64,000 nt of DNA from the NCBI GenBank assembly GCA_013265495.1, contig MU058844.1, positions 11,492,184 to 11,556,183 on the forward strand. Direction: 5' to 3'. Below, piece by piece: positions 1 through 12,691 of this stretch. Below the pieces are notes generated by a model, which ran no database searches, was not told the origin of the DNA, and saw only the letters and a program-made list of their open reading frames with translations. A program made the position numbers and the translations under genes. Numbering within the stretch: position 1 is the first letter of the stretch; every line of letters begins with the position of its first letter. This DNA is from Vicugna vicugna (taxonomy: Eukaryota).

Positions 1-968
1 ACACATTAGTCAAGGATACGGCACCGAAAAGCTCATAAATTTTATTAGGAACCCATTGTATTTGAACAGAAGACTTGCCTGAAAGATCATATATAAAATG
101 ACAGTTCTTAAGGTTTTAAAGAACAGAGATACGGAGAGACTGTTTCAGTAAACAAAGGTTGATACTAAGGATACATTCAGGGGAAAGTAAAAACTAACAG
201 AAAGAGGAAGTAGTCCCAACTGCCACACAGTCAAACCTCACGGCGAAGAGAGATGCTGCTCAGTGTTTAAAAACAGCTCCAGCAGCACCTCCGTTAACTC
301 AAACACCTTCCGCTCTGCCGTCATGGCAACTTAACAGCTCCCTTTCTGTTTGTCTCTCCACGAGCTTTTTTCCTATTCGGCACCTGGCTGCCTGTGCTTT
401 TCCTCATGATTTCTGTTTCCTCTAGACATCAGTGGCCTCATGGCTTTCATTACAGACTAGCCCAACTTACATCATGGGCTTACTGACTTGTTAAGAGTCA
501 AGCCGTCAGCGGTTGATGGATTATCATCTTCATGCTTTTGATTTCATCTTACTCTAATGGTATATGTACCAAGCAGACTTCCTTGGATTCATCCTGAAAC
601 CTCTCCCTCTCCTTCTCATTATGTTTAATACTAATTATTCCAAAGAAAGGCAATGCCATGTCCTTACTTGGTTTAGAGGCATATAGATTGGAGCTACTTA
701 TTTATTTATTTTTTACTCCAGTGTCAGCCCATCAATTTTTCACCATTTTGCTTTTAATCATCATTGATGAGGTTGCCAGTCAACTAGTGTAACATGCATC
801 AGGATTAATATCCAGCACAACTATACAGTTGTCAATGTTTTTTAATCACCATTGCATTATAAAATTGAGAGGTACAAATTGAGCCATTTTAGTCAAAACT
901 GTAGTTTCTTTCCTCTGTAGACATATTTCCCTTCATCGCTTCTTCCAGTGATACATCCCACCTTCCTA

Positions 969-1491
969 CTGGGGAGAGGGGAAGTTTTCCCTCTTGAGTT
1001 CTTATAGCTAAACTAGTAATGAAACTGACACTGGACAGATCAACAGGAGAGAAAGAAACAAATTTTAACTCATGTGCATTGGAGTCCCATAGAAATAGAA
1101 CCTAGGAAGTCACCAAAGTAGATAGCTTTTATACTTTCTAGACAAAGAAATAATAAATTTGTGAGGAATGGACAAAACAAAGCAACTTAGGTTTTGGATG
1201 CCCAATTAGTGAAGAACCTAAACAGAGTTTGGGTTTGGAGCAATAAATTAAAGAAGTAACAAGATTGCTTATACATGGTTCTCAGATCCAAATTCCCTAT
1301 CTTTGGCAAAAAGGGCTTTCTTTTACTTCTACATGCAGGGAGTACATACATCCTTCATGTGAGAAATTTGTTTCCTACTTTCAGGGAGACAGAAAGGAGA
1401 GTCATAGTGTCCCTCTTGAGTTGGCCATTTTTTAAGCAAGTTTAATCCAAAATAATCAAAATGTCACTGAGGCACATTTAGGCCCCCAACA
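969..1491 (-). mobile_element. ERV1-like solo LTR (reverse) nested in an older ERVL LTR
   Basis: Ends ...ggcccccaaca (tgttgggg on the minus strand) with LTR-like composition; interrupts LTR16/33-like sequence. Confidence 0.55.
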
Positions 1492-1799
1492 GTGTCCATA
1501 GACATAGTTTTTAACCAGAGTGTCCTTGCCCCAGAGCACACTAAGTGGTCCCAAAATGGATTCATGACCCAAACCGAATTAATCAAAGACTTTTCCCAGA
1601 TTTCATGGAATTAACAGTTCATCTTTAGAAAAATTCTCTAATGATGTGATTCCAAAGTTGTTCAGCAATCACTGTTTTTACTGCAGGGAAGAAATTTGTC
1701 TACCATAGGAGAAAACAGGACCAAAGACAGACAAATATAATGAGACAGAAGGAAAGAAAGAGCTCTGCTTGTGACCAAGCCCCAGTTTTATTCCTCCAA

Positions 1800-2334
1800 G
1801 AACAGCACCGAGAACTGCCCAAGTCCTGAAGCTAGAACCACAGAACCAGCCCGAATTGACTCTGTCTTGTTTCTAACAAGATACTGAGTTGTTTTTCAGA
1901 GACAACAGAACAAAACTGCAAGTCATGCAGCCAAAGCATGTGCAGAGGAAAAAGTTTTGACCTCAAACAACAATCAGGACCAAATTTTCAGGGAATCAAA
2001 AGACCAGAACATGATTGGAACCTGAACGTAGGAATACTTTCAGAAGTGAAGGGTCCGTTGTCCAGGAAGATGTGGTTCTGAAGCCTCTTTAATATATCTT
2101 ACCACAAAGGGTCACGTCCCAGAACCCTTCAGTCCAAAGCTGCCCTGTCAGTGCCTCCACATATCAACCCTCCTCTCCCAACTCATAAAAGCTTGACCGA
2201 AATTCAGATTGGGGACAGATTTGACCTATGCCTCTTGTCACATTGCCAGTCAACCCTGCAATAAAGCTCTATCTTTTACCAAAAGCCAGAGCCATAGTAT
2301 TGGTTTCCAAGCATGTGGGCAGTGAGTCCATAAC
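1800..2334 (+). mobile_element. ERV1-like solo LTR (5' boundary uncertain)
   Basis: cataaaa TATA-like ~2184, AATAAA 2260-2265, U5-like gccatagtattggtttcc...ccataaca end. Confidence 0.6.
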
Positions 2335-3889
2335 AAAGTTGTCTCTTCATTATGTGAGCTACTCCAGTACCCTTCCAATAAATCTTCTTTATTGCTTAAA
2401 CTAATTCCAGTTGGGTTCCTAACACTTGCAACTCGAAAAGTCGTGACATAGCATCCCCACAAGGCCATCACACATCTGTGCTCCCTAATGCAGAAGCCCC
2501 GGACTGTGTCTCTCAATCACTGTCAAATATAAAGCACTGTTTAACAGACTTTTCATGTAAGGCTACTTGAAAGTGCCTCTAACTCACCATGTGTAATGCA
2601 AATTCCTTCTTTATCCCCCAATTACTTTTCCTACATAATTTCCTATGTGTATCAGGGATACGATTTTTCCCACACTTAAAAAGCTAAAAAAACTTACCAA
2701 AGTCTCTTCCTTTAAATCTCACTTCATTCTTATCTGTTCTCTTCATTAGCCCTTCAATTTCTCACTTCTTGTCCGTCTTCTCTAGAATTGCTGTTCAGAT
2801 TTTCATGCAAATCTGTGCATTTGATTTCCATCTCCCATGTCTTCTACATTCCATTTCCTCAGTAATCTATTTAAAATGCCATTTTGAGTAGCACTGCTCA
2901 ACAACTTCAGGTGAAGTTTAAAAATCTATAGGATAAACTAAACTTTTGAGCCTGAAATTCAGGCCAACCATTTCTATCTAAACTTTCACTGTTTTCTTTA
3001 AGAAATCCCACAGTAATCCATATAACTTTCTCCAGTCACATATTACGTTTCTACCTCTGCACCATTCATTTTGCCTAGAACGCCTTCCCTATTTTCATCT
3101 TATTTTTGAAGCTTTGTCAAGCCCAGGCATTTTTTGCTCCTTGGAGAATGTGTTTGCCTTGAGGCTAGATAAACTAATCAAGAGGTATTGCAACTAAGTG
3201 TGATGAGGGAGGAGAAAAACATCCAGATAAATATGAAAATCCATTTACTATGGAAAACAGTAGCTATAGCATTGCAAGAAGGAAAACACTGTGGGTGGTG
3301 CCAGGGAGTCAGGAGAAAACACGGGGACCAGGAACCAGTATAACCCCAAATGCACTTTCAACCTCAAATGCAAATATGTATCATTGTGCAGGTCCCAAGT
3401 CATGTAAATTTTAAATTTTAAGAGAAAAAGATTGAAGTCAATTTGTAGACTCAGTAGACTTTTGCTAAGAGGGGAATACAGTGTTAGAAGGGCAAAAGAA
3501 ATAGTCCTACTAAGAGATGAAAGAGAAGTGGCATCATTTTATGTCCACCTAGAAAACCAGGATCCTAAGAGCTAAGGATTATCCTAGAAAGTAATTTTTT
3601 TTAAAGAACAATGATTAACAGATGAGATTTTGCTATGGGGTTAGAATTTGGATTGAGTTAGGTTAGTGTTAGAGTAAACTAAGGGATAAAATTAGGATTA
3701 GGGCCACCAAATGGGGAATAAGAAAATTCCTCAGAAGCAAGACTTAGCAGTATGTTGAGAGAATTATTTGACTCAGAAACAGAGTGTCTGACAAGTACTA
3801 TATTAGCTTTGCTGAAAACTGAAACTCCCAGAGAGAAGAATTAACTAAGGGAAATCATTTAGTACCTAGTTACGACCAATGAGGAGGAT

Positions 3890-4582
3890 AGAATGGTAGA
3901 ATGAGTAAGATGCAAAATGTGAAAAAGGATATTAAAATACCATGAATATGTTAACCCAAAGAAAGCATGGCTAAGCACAATATGCTTTGAGGTAAAAAGC
4001 ACAATTAAGAGAAAAAAAATGTTCTCTACATAGTAATAAAAATAATACTTAACAGAAAAATAAAACAATTTAAAATTAGCATGTACTTAAGAACCCATCT
4101 CAGAATATAATTGAGATGATTATCTGGAGAAATTAAAAATTCTACTACCATATTGGGAAATTTTTTAAAAATCTGCATATCTCCAGTAATTGTAATGTTT
4201 AGCAAATAGTCAATAAGAATGTAAAAGATTTTAACATACAAATTAACAAATTTGATAAGATACATGTATAGAACCATGTATGCCAAGATTACAGACTACA
4301 CAATGTTTCAAATTCACATGATGTATTTACAAAAAACTTATCGAGCATCAAGCAATAAAACAAATCTCAAATACCAGAAAATAGGTAACATATAGAACAC
4401 ATTCTTAATGATAAAGCACTTTATTTAGAGATAGATCATTTTTTAAATAACTTAAGAAGAAACACACCTAAAAAGTTTAAAGAGCATTTCTAAGTGAGTC
4501 AAATCAAAAAAATAATAGAAATAAAAATTAGTTTAAAATATTCAACTGTGAAAATGCCACATGTTAAAACTTGTGAAACAGG
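3890..4582 (+). mobile_element. Ancient degenerate LINE-1 fragment (5' part of ORF2, endonuclease region; L1M-type)
   Basis: Very A-rich with L1 ORF2-like relics (aacccaaagaaagcatggct; aaacaaatctcaaata; aaaacttgtgaaaca); no intact frame. Confidence 0.55.
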
Positions 4583-4655
4583 CTTTTTTTCCCTGATTCA
4601 TGTGAATGTCAGGACACGCAGAAGAAAAGCAACTCTTGATGAGAATAAATAATGA

Positions 4656-5153
4656 TGCGAACAAAAAATACTGCAAACCATATCAGTAAACAAAGAATGC
4701 TGAAGCCATCAAATCATCAGCAGCTGCCGCTACCCCCTAGTGAAGACAAGCCTGCAGCCCAGCCTCTGCAGCCACTCACAGTGGTGCCCTCTGAGGGACT
4801 CAGAATAAGAAAGGTCAGGACACTGGCCCTAGATAGCTAGGTGCTTGTCAAAGGAATGAATTCAGTGAGCCCAAATGTTTGCTTCCTCCCATACATAGAA
4901 AAGCATTAAATTCTTTAACTAGAGATGCCTGGTTTTCTTTAGTTAACCAAGTAATCTTTTATTGTTCCAACTACTTGGTCTTTGTTATAAAGCTCCTATA
5001 TATCCTAGCTCTTCCCCTGCCTCTTCGGAGCAGTCCCTCAGAGAGATCTGAGAGGCAGTCATCCCAGGCTCGAAGGGGTTCGAGTCCTCTGAAATGTCCG
5101 CCAAATAAAACTTACCTCTCAACTTGTAGGCTGTGCGTTTATTTCAGTCAACA
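4656..5153 (+). mobile_element. ERV1-class solo LTR (cetartiodactyl family resembling MER41-type LTRs), copy 1
   Basis: TG...CA ends, 4-bp TSD atga (4652-4655 / 5154-5157), TATA-like ctatatat ~4996, AATAAA ~5104. Confidence 0.88.
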
Positions 5154-5294
5154 ATGACAAAACATTTTTCACTCCTCAAAAAGCCATCTGATTTCTTTGG
5201 ATTTCCAGTAAAGGTTTAATTTACTTTGAGTCCCCTATAAATGTGGGTGAACACAAAAACGTCGCCTAATATTTGCTTTCAATGAAATAACTTT

Positions 5295-5550
5295 CTAATA
5301 ATAAATTCCACTTACAAGGGCTTACTATGTATGTGCCAACTGAATCCTGTGTGTTCTTTGTGTATTAACTCATGTGATACTAAAGGTAAATCCACGAGTT
5401 TGAGTGTTTTTAAACATCTCATTTTTACATATGAGAAAATGTGAAGCATAGACAGGAGACTTACCCAAGTTCACACAGCTTTGTAAGATTCTCAAACAGG
5501 ATCTAAATTCAAGCAGCCCGAACTCCACAGTCTACACTCTTAATCATCCT
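5295..5550 (-). mobile_element. MIR SINE
   Basis: Core ctcatttttacatatgagaaaatgtgaagcatag...acttacccaagttcacacagct. Confidence 0.7.
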
Positions 5551-5577
5551 CCATGCACAACTGATCTCTTGTAAGCT

Positions 5578-5752
5578 CGATGTTTCCCAAATTTCAGCAG
5601 TTGAGGGGTCACCAGGAAGACTTGCTAAAACACAAATTCTCGCCCAACCCCCAGACTCTCAAAGTGAGAGAATTTGCATTTCTGAAAAACAAAAGGCTTC
5701 CAGGTGGAGTGAGTACCGTTGATGACCTTCAAGCCACGGGACAGACCATGTT
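5578..5752. mobile_element. hAT-Charlie MITE (MER5A-like)
   Basis: tcaccaggaagacttgctaaaacacaaatt...cccccagac...gaatttgcatttct. Confidence 0.6.
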
Positions 5753-7749
5753 GGTGGGGGGTGGGGGTGGGGGGAGGTGGATTAAAATCATCTCGCTAAA
5801 GAAAAGACCATTAAGACCGGAGAAACTTCATTAATCCAGTGCAGTAAATTATAATCTAACTTCACGATGGCAAAATGGAATAAAGCCCTTTAAATCCTAT
5901 GATTCAATAGAAACCCTTTCCTAAATCAACGTGCTTTAATGCTTAGAGACAACCCAAACGTAAGAATTTAAAAAGCATTCTTTGCCTCTCAAAACGCAGA
6001 GAAAAACAGCGCACCCTAGGAAGACTTTGCTTACAATCGTCCTACAGTGAAGAGGAGGTTAACAAGACAGTAAGCCTCCAAGCTCCTGAAATCTGTTGGG
6101 CTTAACAGCTAAACCGTCCCCCATTAGCTGGCGGATACAAACTCGAGAACGAATATTTCAGCCAAGACTGAGTTCAGCTCAGGAAATAAGATGGGCGTTT
6201 TATATTAGAAACGCCTCAGACGTATTTTTGTTTCTAAAAGAGGGAGTTAATTGGAGGGAAGCATGCAAATTGTAGCCCCCGGGACAGAGTCGGGGAGGTT
6301 GCTCGGAGCGAAGGCAGAGCGTTGCATGAGTTAGGTTCTCCTGGGCTCAGGCTATCTGCAGAAAGACAGCTGCTCGAATTTAAGGGCCAATTAAGGACAT
6401 TACTGGCTTTAGTCACTTTCTTTCACAAGAACATTCTACGTAAGTACTTAGAAAGTAGAGCACCTGAATATTCTATTTAAGGAGGGGGCCAGCATATGCT
6501 GAGGGCCTTTTAACGTAAGAAGCAAATATTGGGGAACTTTTTCAAATAAAACGGCAATACAGGTTGGATAAGGCACCTCTCTACCACATGTCAGCTGGGT
6601 ATGTCCTGAAATGGCTAATTTGTCAGTCTTCCCGCAGTAAACCACACTTGAGAACTTGAAGGGTCGTGGCGTCAAGATAGAGAATTTTCTGGCATTCTTT
6701 GTCTTTTTCTTACTGCCATGTCTTGGCACACAGTGACTTCTCAGAAATTAAAGTTTGTTCATGGTTGCTTCTGCTTTGGAAAAGAACATCATTCAAGACC
6801 TATATTTCCCATCTTTACAGATCCAGTGAAAAGCAATCCTTCTTGATCTTTCTGCCAGTTGAAAACAAAAAGGGGTGGGGGGTGAAATACAAGCATTAAT
6901 TCATGCCAGTTCATACTGTATTTCCAGGATGTAGTCTTGAAATGCTACCAGGTATCAAACCTGAGGCACAAGCCCTGCTTTGGGAAACAAATGGAGGCAT
7001 ATACAAAATGCTTATAAATTATATTAGTGAATATTGATTACTATAAGGGCCTATCTCACAAGAGGTCTATGAAAAAATTAATGTTGCTGGTCAAAGGGGC
7101 TTAATGCAGTTACGGACCTAAAGGTTGTCTGCCAAGACTTTTTCTGCTCTGTTTCTTAGACAGTTCAGAATGTACCCAGATGATTCATTTCATAATCCAG
7201 TGCCAAGCCCAGGAGATGCTGTCATTCTTCGAGGTGAAATCTGTTTTTATTTGTCTCTTGTAGCTGAGCCTGTGAGCACTATCAGGAGAGGAGAAAATGC
7301 CTGATTAGATATTATTTGTGTTTACTGCTGTGCCTTAATTGTCTTCAAACTGCTATACGAGATGATCCATTTTCAATCTTTACATCTGGGACTTCAGCAC
7401 GGATATGTTTTGAGGAGCCCTGCGATATTCAGGACAAATTTTATTTGGAGTCTATAGGAGAGATTTACATCCAAGGGGGGAAAGGTTTTTAAGGTGGGTT
7501 TTGAAGGCTTCTTTGCCCCCTTGTAGATACTTTAAACCATGGCAAAAAGTAAACACTCAATGTCCAGTAAGTTTCAAGCGCGACTTAGATGCATATTTCT
7601 TGCATCAGTGCTGGAGAAGAGAACCCTGAGACGTATCCAGGGACTTCAGCAGGGGCATCTCACCTGGTGACGAGGGGCGGTTCTTCTCAGGAACTCTCTA
7701 TATATACTGCGGACTAGCTAAGGAGAGGGCAGGTGAAAAGGAGAAAGAA

Positions 7750-8240
7750 AAGTCATCCAGCCACAGAGAACACTGGGTGTGAAGATCAGGAAGAAAGATG
7801 CAGTAGAAAGAGCTGGAGAAATGGAATAAAAGTCACTGTGACTAAGGTGGAGAAAGCAAAGGCAAAGAAAAACATGGCATGAGGCTGGGAGGGGCTGGAT
7901 CAAGCAGAGCTTTGTCAGGGATATTAAGGATTTCGGGTGGTAGCCTAAAAGAGATAGAAGATCACTGAGGGTTTTAAGCAAGGCGATGCTTTTCCAGTAT
8001 TTATTGCTGTAAGACAGCCTCCCTCCAGGCTGTAGGAGAACTGATTGGAGGGACAAGGGAGAAAGCAGAGACCATGAAGGAGACACTTCCTTAGTCCAGG
8101 AAGAAGATGATGGTCCTGTGCACCTTTGTAGTGGGAGAGGAGATGGATAAAAGTGCGTGTTTTTAGAGGATAAAGAGATGGAATTGTAGACAGTGATAGC
8201 AAGAATGATGCCTATACTTCCGGCTTAAAAAATGGTGAGA
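7750..8240 (+). mobile_element. LINE-2 fragment
   Basis: Purine-rich L2 motifs: gaagatcactgagggttttaagcaagg and tagtccaggaagaagatgatggt. Confidence 0.6.
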
Positions 8241-8378
8241 GAAGCAATAACCTGGAGCAAGAACGGGTTTTGTGCATTTATCCAACAAATATTTACTGAA
8301 CCTGTTACATGCCAAGTACCATACATATGGGTTAATTCAATTAACCCTTAATCAGTGTTATATAATAGGAACTACTAC

Positions 8379-9006
8379 TGTAACCGAGCAGGACCCTGTG
8401 GGGTCTTCCCAGGAAAGATAGCCCCATGTCCTCTGCCTGCCTCTTGTCTGTGGAAAAACTTCAGCGAAAGAATAAATTGAATCAGAAAACTGAGATAATA
8501 CAAAGACAAAGGAAAATAGTCAAGCAGGACAAAATAACAAGAGTTTAGTCATTAAGCAAAGTCAGGGACCTTCAGTTCCTCCTCAAGGCCTAGAAATAAT
8601 ATTCCGAGCCATATCCTTCAAGCCGTTTTGCAGATACTGAGACCCCTACCAGATGGGAGAGCTTAACTACACGATGACCAGACTGTAGCCATGACAAAAG
8701 CTGCTGCATATGACACAATTATAAGAACTGGCCTCAAGAAAACAGGAAAAAACCAACCCTGGAACTGAAGAGTAACTGTACTTCAAACAATCAAGATGAC
8801 GCTGATCAGACCACGCACGAGCAATTCCCCAATTCCAGGACGGTTGTGGGAGCTGACTCGGCTGTTCTGCACGTAGCCACCTCCCTCCACCTGTACCCTG
8901 CTGAAACTCCCCTTTAAAAGCTCTTGCCCCCCCCGACCCAGATTGGCAGTTAGGAGTTGGTTCTTGGCTTTCGAGTGACAAGCAGCCAGATCTGAGTTTA
9001 ATAACA
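8379..9006 (+). mobile_element. ERV1-class solo LTR inserted in a MIR-like relic
   Basis: Starts tgtaaccgagcaggaccc and ends ...gagtttaataaca; TATA-like tttaaaa ~8913; MIR-like sequence on both flanks (to ~8378 and 9007-9130). Confidence 0.75.
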
Positions 9007-9559
9007 TATTATCTCTATTTTGCAGATGAGCAAAATGAGGCATAAAAGCTTTAAGAAACACATGGTAAGTAGTAAAATCAGAACTGGAACTAAGCACGCT
9101 GGCTCCAGAGTTCACGATTTTCAAGACTACATCCTTCTACAGAACAGACTGTATCATCACACAAACGCGTTTTGAGCCATAAGATGTGGCAAACACTACT
9201 GTGTGCTCTCCAGGTCTAGGTCAAGCAGGAAGCGTTCATATGTGTTACAGTTGACACACCTATGAAGATACACTTGCACAGTCTGTCAGTTGTAGGGGAA
9301 TTTCATTATGCAAAGATACTGTAAATTCAAATACATATAATTGACTCTAAGAGAGAGGAAAAGAATTAACAAATTTAAGAGAGTGCAAGTTCCCTGCTGC
9401 TGTTCCCATCAATAGGGATTGTCCCTGTTATCAGTATAAAGTGGGAATGATGCCTCTCCTGGAAACTCAGCTTCTGTTCCCAGCTGCCTCCTCTAAAGTG
9501 CACCTCTCCCAGAGGAGAGTGTGAGTCTTGTGTTAAAGACCATGTCCCCTCTCCGTGGA

Positions 9560-9858
9560 CTTGCTTGGGTCACTGGAATGTGAGCAGGAGTGAAACTTGC
9601 CTTAACTGAACAGAAACTTGAAGAGCCATCAAATGATTTCCCCTTTGCTCCTTTACAGTCTACCCATGAGAATGGTAGGTCCCAGAAAGGAGCACCCTTG
9701 AGGTCTGGATCCCAGAACAAAGAAGGCAAGTGGTGCCAACCTGCAAGTAAATCTAGCCCACAATTAACATGGGGAAGAAATAAACCTTGTGTTTAAGCTG
9801 CTGAAATTTGGGGGCTGTTTATTATTACAGGAAAATATAGTCCAAATTGACTGATACA
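9560..9858 (+). mobile_element. MaLR LTR (MLT1-type), 3' portion
   Basis: gaaataaaccttgtgtttaagctgctgaaatttggggg...tgactgataca terminal signature. Confidence 0.65.
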
Positions 9859-10251
9859 GAAATCCATGACTACTTTTTCCTAAATTTGAATATTTGAGAA
9901 TTTCACTTTAAATTCTAGCTTTTGAACCTAATCTCACATAAGATGCAACTCCAGGTACTTTTAGGGAGTCTCAACAACTGCTCTCAACCACAGGTGGGCT
10001 CAGTTCTCATAATTGAAGCAATTAATAGACCTATAAGCAAGGCAGGTCCAACCCCAAAATGATACGCATTATTTCTGGTACCCCAGTAAGAGCTGAAAAT
10101 CTTAACAGGGGCTGACCCTAGATCCTCATTAGGACAGCCAGCTCCAGTAATTTATACTTCCTTCTCCCATCCTGATCTTCTGCCTGTAGGGCCTACAGCT
10201 TTTGAAGTTTTATTGTGAAATCTTTTCAGATGTAAAGGGAATAGCAGCAGT

Positions 10252-10276
10252 CACACACACACACACACACACACAC
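10252..10276. repeat. (CA)n microsatellite
   Basis: Perfect CA run. Confidence 0.95.
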
Positions 10277-12276
10277 ATTTCTTGTCCATTTGTTCTTCCT
10301 GATCTTCACTTTTATGGACAAACATCTGGCTGTTTGCCACATTTCTTAGACTGGAAATCTGATTTAGGCTCACATTCTTCCAGAGATAATGAGTGTCTTC
10401 TTCATGAAGTCTGTGCTAATCCACCACACACACCTTCATAAATTTAAGGTTCTTATATAAACTTCTGGGTTTTACTGACTTCTAGCCTTAACATCAACTA
10501 ACTTCAGCTTTTGTCAGTAATTCAATCTCTTTCTCTCACACACACACATGCATGTCACCTATCATTCAGTATTCTTGAATGCTCTCTTCTATATTTGATG
10601 TCCGGCAAACAACACCAGTGGGGCACAGATGGAATAATTCAGATCCAGGAAGGTAACAAAAGGGAGAAGTGGCACCAGGGGACCTGGTCCACACCAAGTC
10701 AGCACGGATAACCTGACATATGAGGAGAGGACGACAGGGGAAGAGACCACGGGATGGATTTTTCTCCTGCTGACACATGACTTAGTACAACAAGATGGCG
10801 AGTTAACGGGGTTGAGCACCCATTGTCTCCTCAGCCCTTGATTTTTTCTACCACATGTTAAGTCACTTGAAGAAATGGCCCTGTAGGCTTATGCGAGGAA
10901 CAAGGGAAGGCGTCCCCAGCAGTACCAGAGATTTGAACCAGTCCTAAGGAAGTGCCCAAATGAAATGGTCATTTTCACTTGAGCTCTGATCAACAGGTTT
11001 TTGTTCCCTGCATTTCTGGATATTAAATGGAAAGAAAATGACTCTTTTCCTTAGCATTGTCCATCCCCACTATTTGTATGCCAGTCTTGCTCATGAGCTA
11101 TGTTTTTTTTTATTTTCCTTAAAATTTAAACACTTCTCCTCCCACCCATGGATTAGAATGCCAAGCGCTATTCTCCGATCAGCTGTTGCTGCCGGGCCAT
11201 CTGTTATCCACGACGCACGATTTCAAGGAAAGCGATGGTGCCGTGTTTCTTAGCTTAAATTATTCCAGGCCACCCCTTCTTCCAAAGTGCCAGACGCAAA
11301 CCTGTTTGTTCCCTGTCTGCCACCATGATGCGTTTAGGATTTTTTTTGTTTATAATTTACATCTAAACGGATTCACAGAATATAATGGAAATTTGCATTT
11401 GAGTTGATAGGTTGAACAGCAGTTTCTGAAACCATTATTTTCCTCAATCAGGAGGTTCTCCTGGACATCCAGTCACCCAAATGAGCTTTCTATAAGACAT
11501 CATTTCCCATTAGTTTTCTCTACTTATTTCTGGCAATGTTAACTCTTGTATTTCTCCCATTTGGGGTTAAAAAATGTCAGTGAAGAAAATCTACACCTTT
11601 CTTCAATTTGAACTCCACCATTTATTAAAAAGAGTGTGGTGTCAAAGGATATGCTTCAAACTGCTGGTCAAAATCGAGGTTTGATGGAATGTTATCATAA
11701 GAATCGTAATGACACTCATTTTAAACATGTAGCAATGAATGAACTGAACACCTGCTGTTATCTCACATGATGCAGGTTCCATTTTCCTACATCTGTGGCT
11801 TTTCCCTTCTCTGTTCACGTAACCGATCTCTTTTATATTCATTCTCTCCAATTATGTTTCCTTTGTTTTCAAGGAATAGAAACATGTTAAGCCAAATCAA
11901 GAAAGAAAAGGTGGGGTTATTTTTGTAATAATAATAATTAAGGTACTATATTAGACCCTCAGAAATAGAAACAAAATTACCCTTGTATCTCACTGGGACC
12001 ATGACAAGGAAGTCAAGGATTTACTCTTTTTTCCTCTGGTCATAGTGTCTACCACACATACAGCTTGAATAACCTCCATGTGCCAGGCACTGTCTGAGCA
12101 GCAGAAATGAGAAATGGTCTCTGACCTCTTCGCACTTACAGTTTAGTAGGTACCACAGACATTAACCAATTATTTAAAATATTTTTTAAATGGTAACATT
12201 GTACAAAGTAGAAATATTAGGTACAGAGCCCAACTGATTTTGAGAGGATAGTAAAGTCTTCTTAGATGTGAAGTTG

Positions 12277-12321
12277 AACCTAAATGTCCATTGACAGATG
12301 ACTGGATAAAGAAGATGTGGT
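12277..12321 (+). mobile_element. Isolated ~45-bp L1 fragment
   Basis: aacctaaatgtccattgacagatgactggataaagaagatgtggt matches the L1 at 22471-22621 across its inversion breakpoint. Confidence 0.7.
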
Positions 12322-12691
12322 CCACACCCTAATCCAGCTTCCTATATGATTACTGCACAGCATGTGGCTGGAGCTGAGAAATGGCCAGAGATACCAACAG
12401 ATTGTGGCTATTGAAATAAATCTGATTTCTTTGGGAAAGGAATTCATGACCTTGACTAGCTATGGTCTCTACACCTAAGTGAATTACTACTGCTGCTTTA
12501 GAAAGAAATATATTGGATGCTACATGATTTGGATAGCCACCATAAAATTTCTCTACAGTACTAATCCAGTGATAAATTGTTGAGTTCTAGAGTCAGACAG
12601 ACCTCAATTTGAATCCGAATACTATCAAAGTTACCTAACATGGTTAAACCATATGATTCTTCATTTATAAAATTGAGTTAATAGCCACATC

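Larger units (their letters stand above)
900..2450 (+). mobile_element. ERVL LTR (LTR16/LTR33-like) split into three pieces by the two ERV1-like LTRs
   Basis: catgacccaaacc...aatcaaagac motif ~1563-1590; 3' end ccaataaatcttctttattgcttaaactaattccagttgggttcctaacacttgcaac ~2375-2432. Confidence 0.55.
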
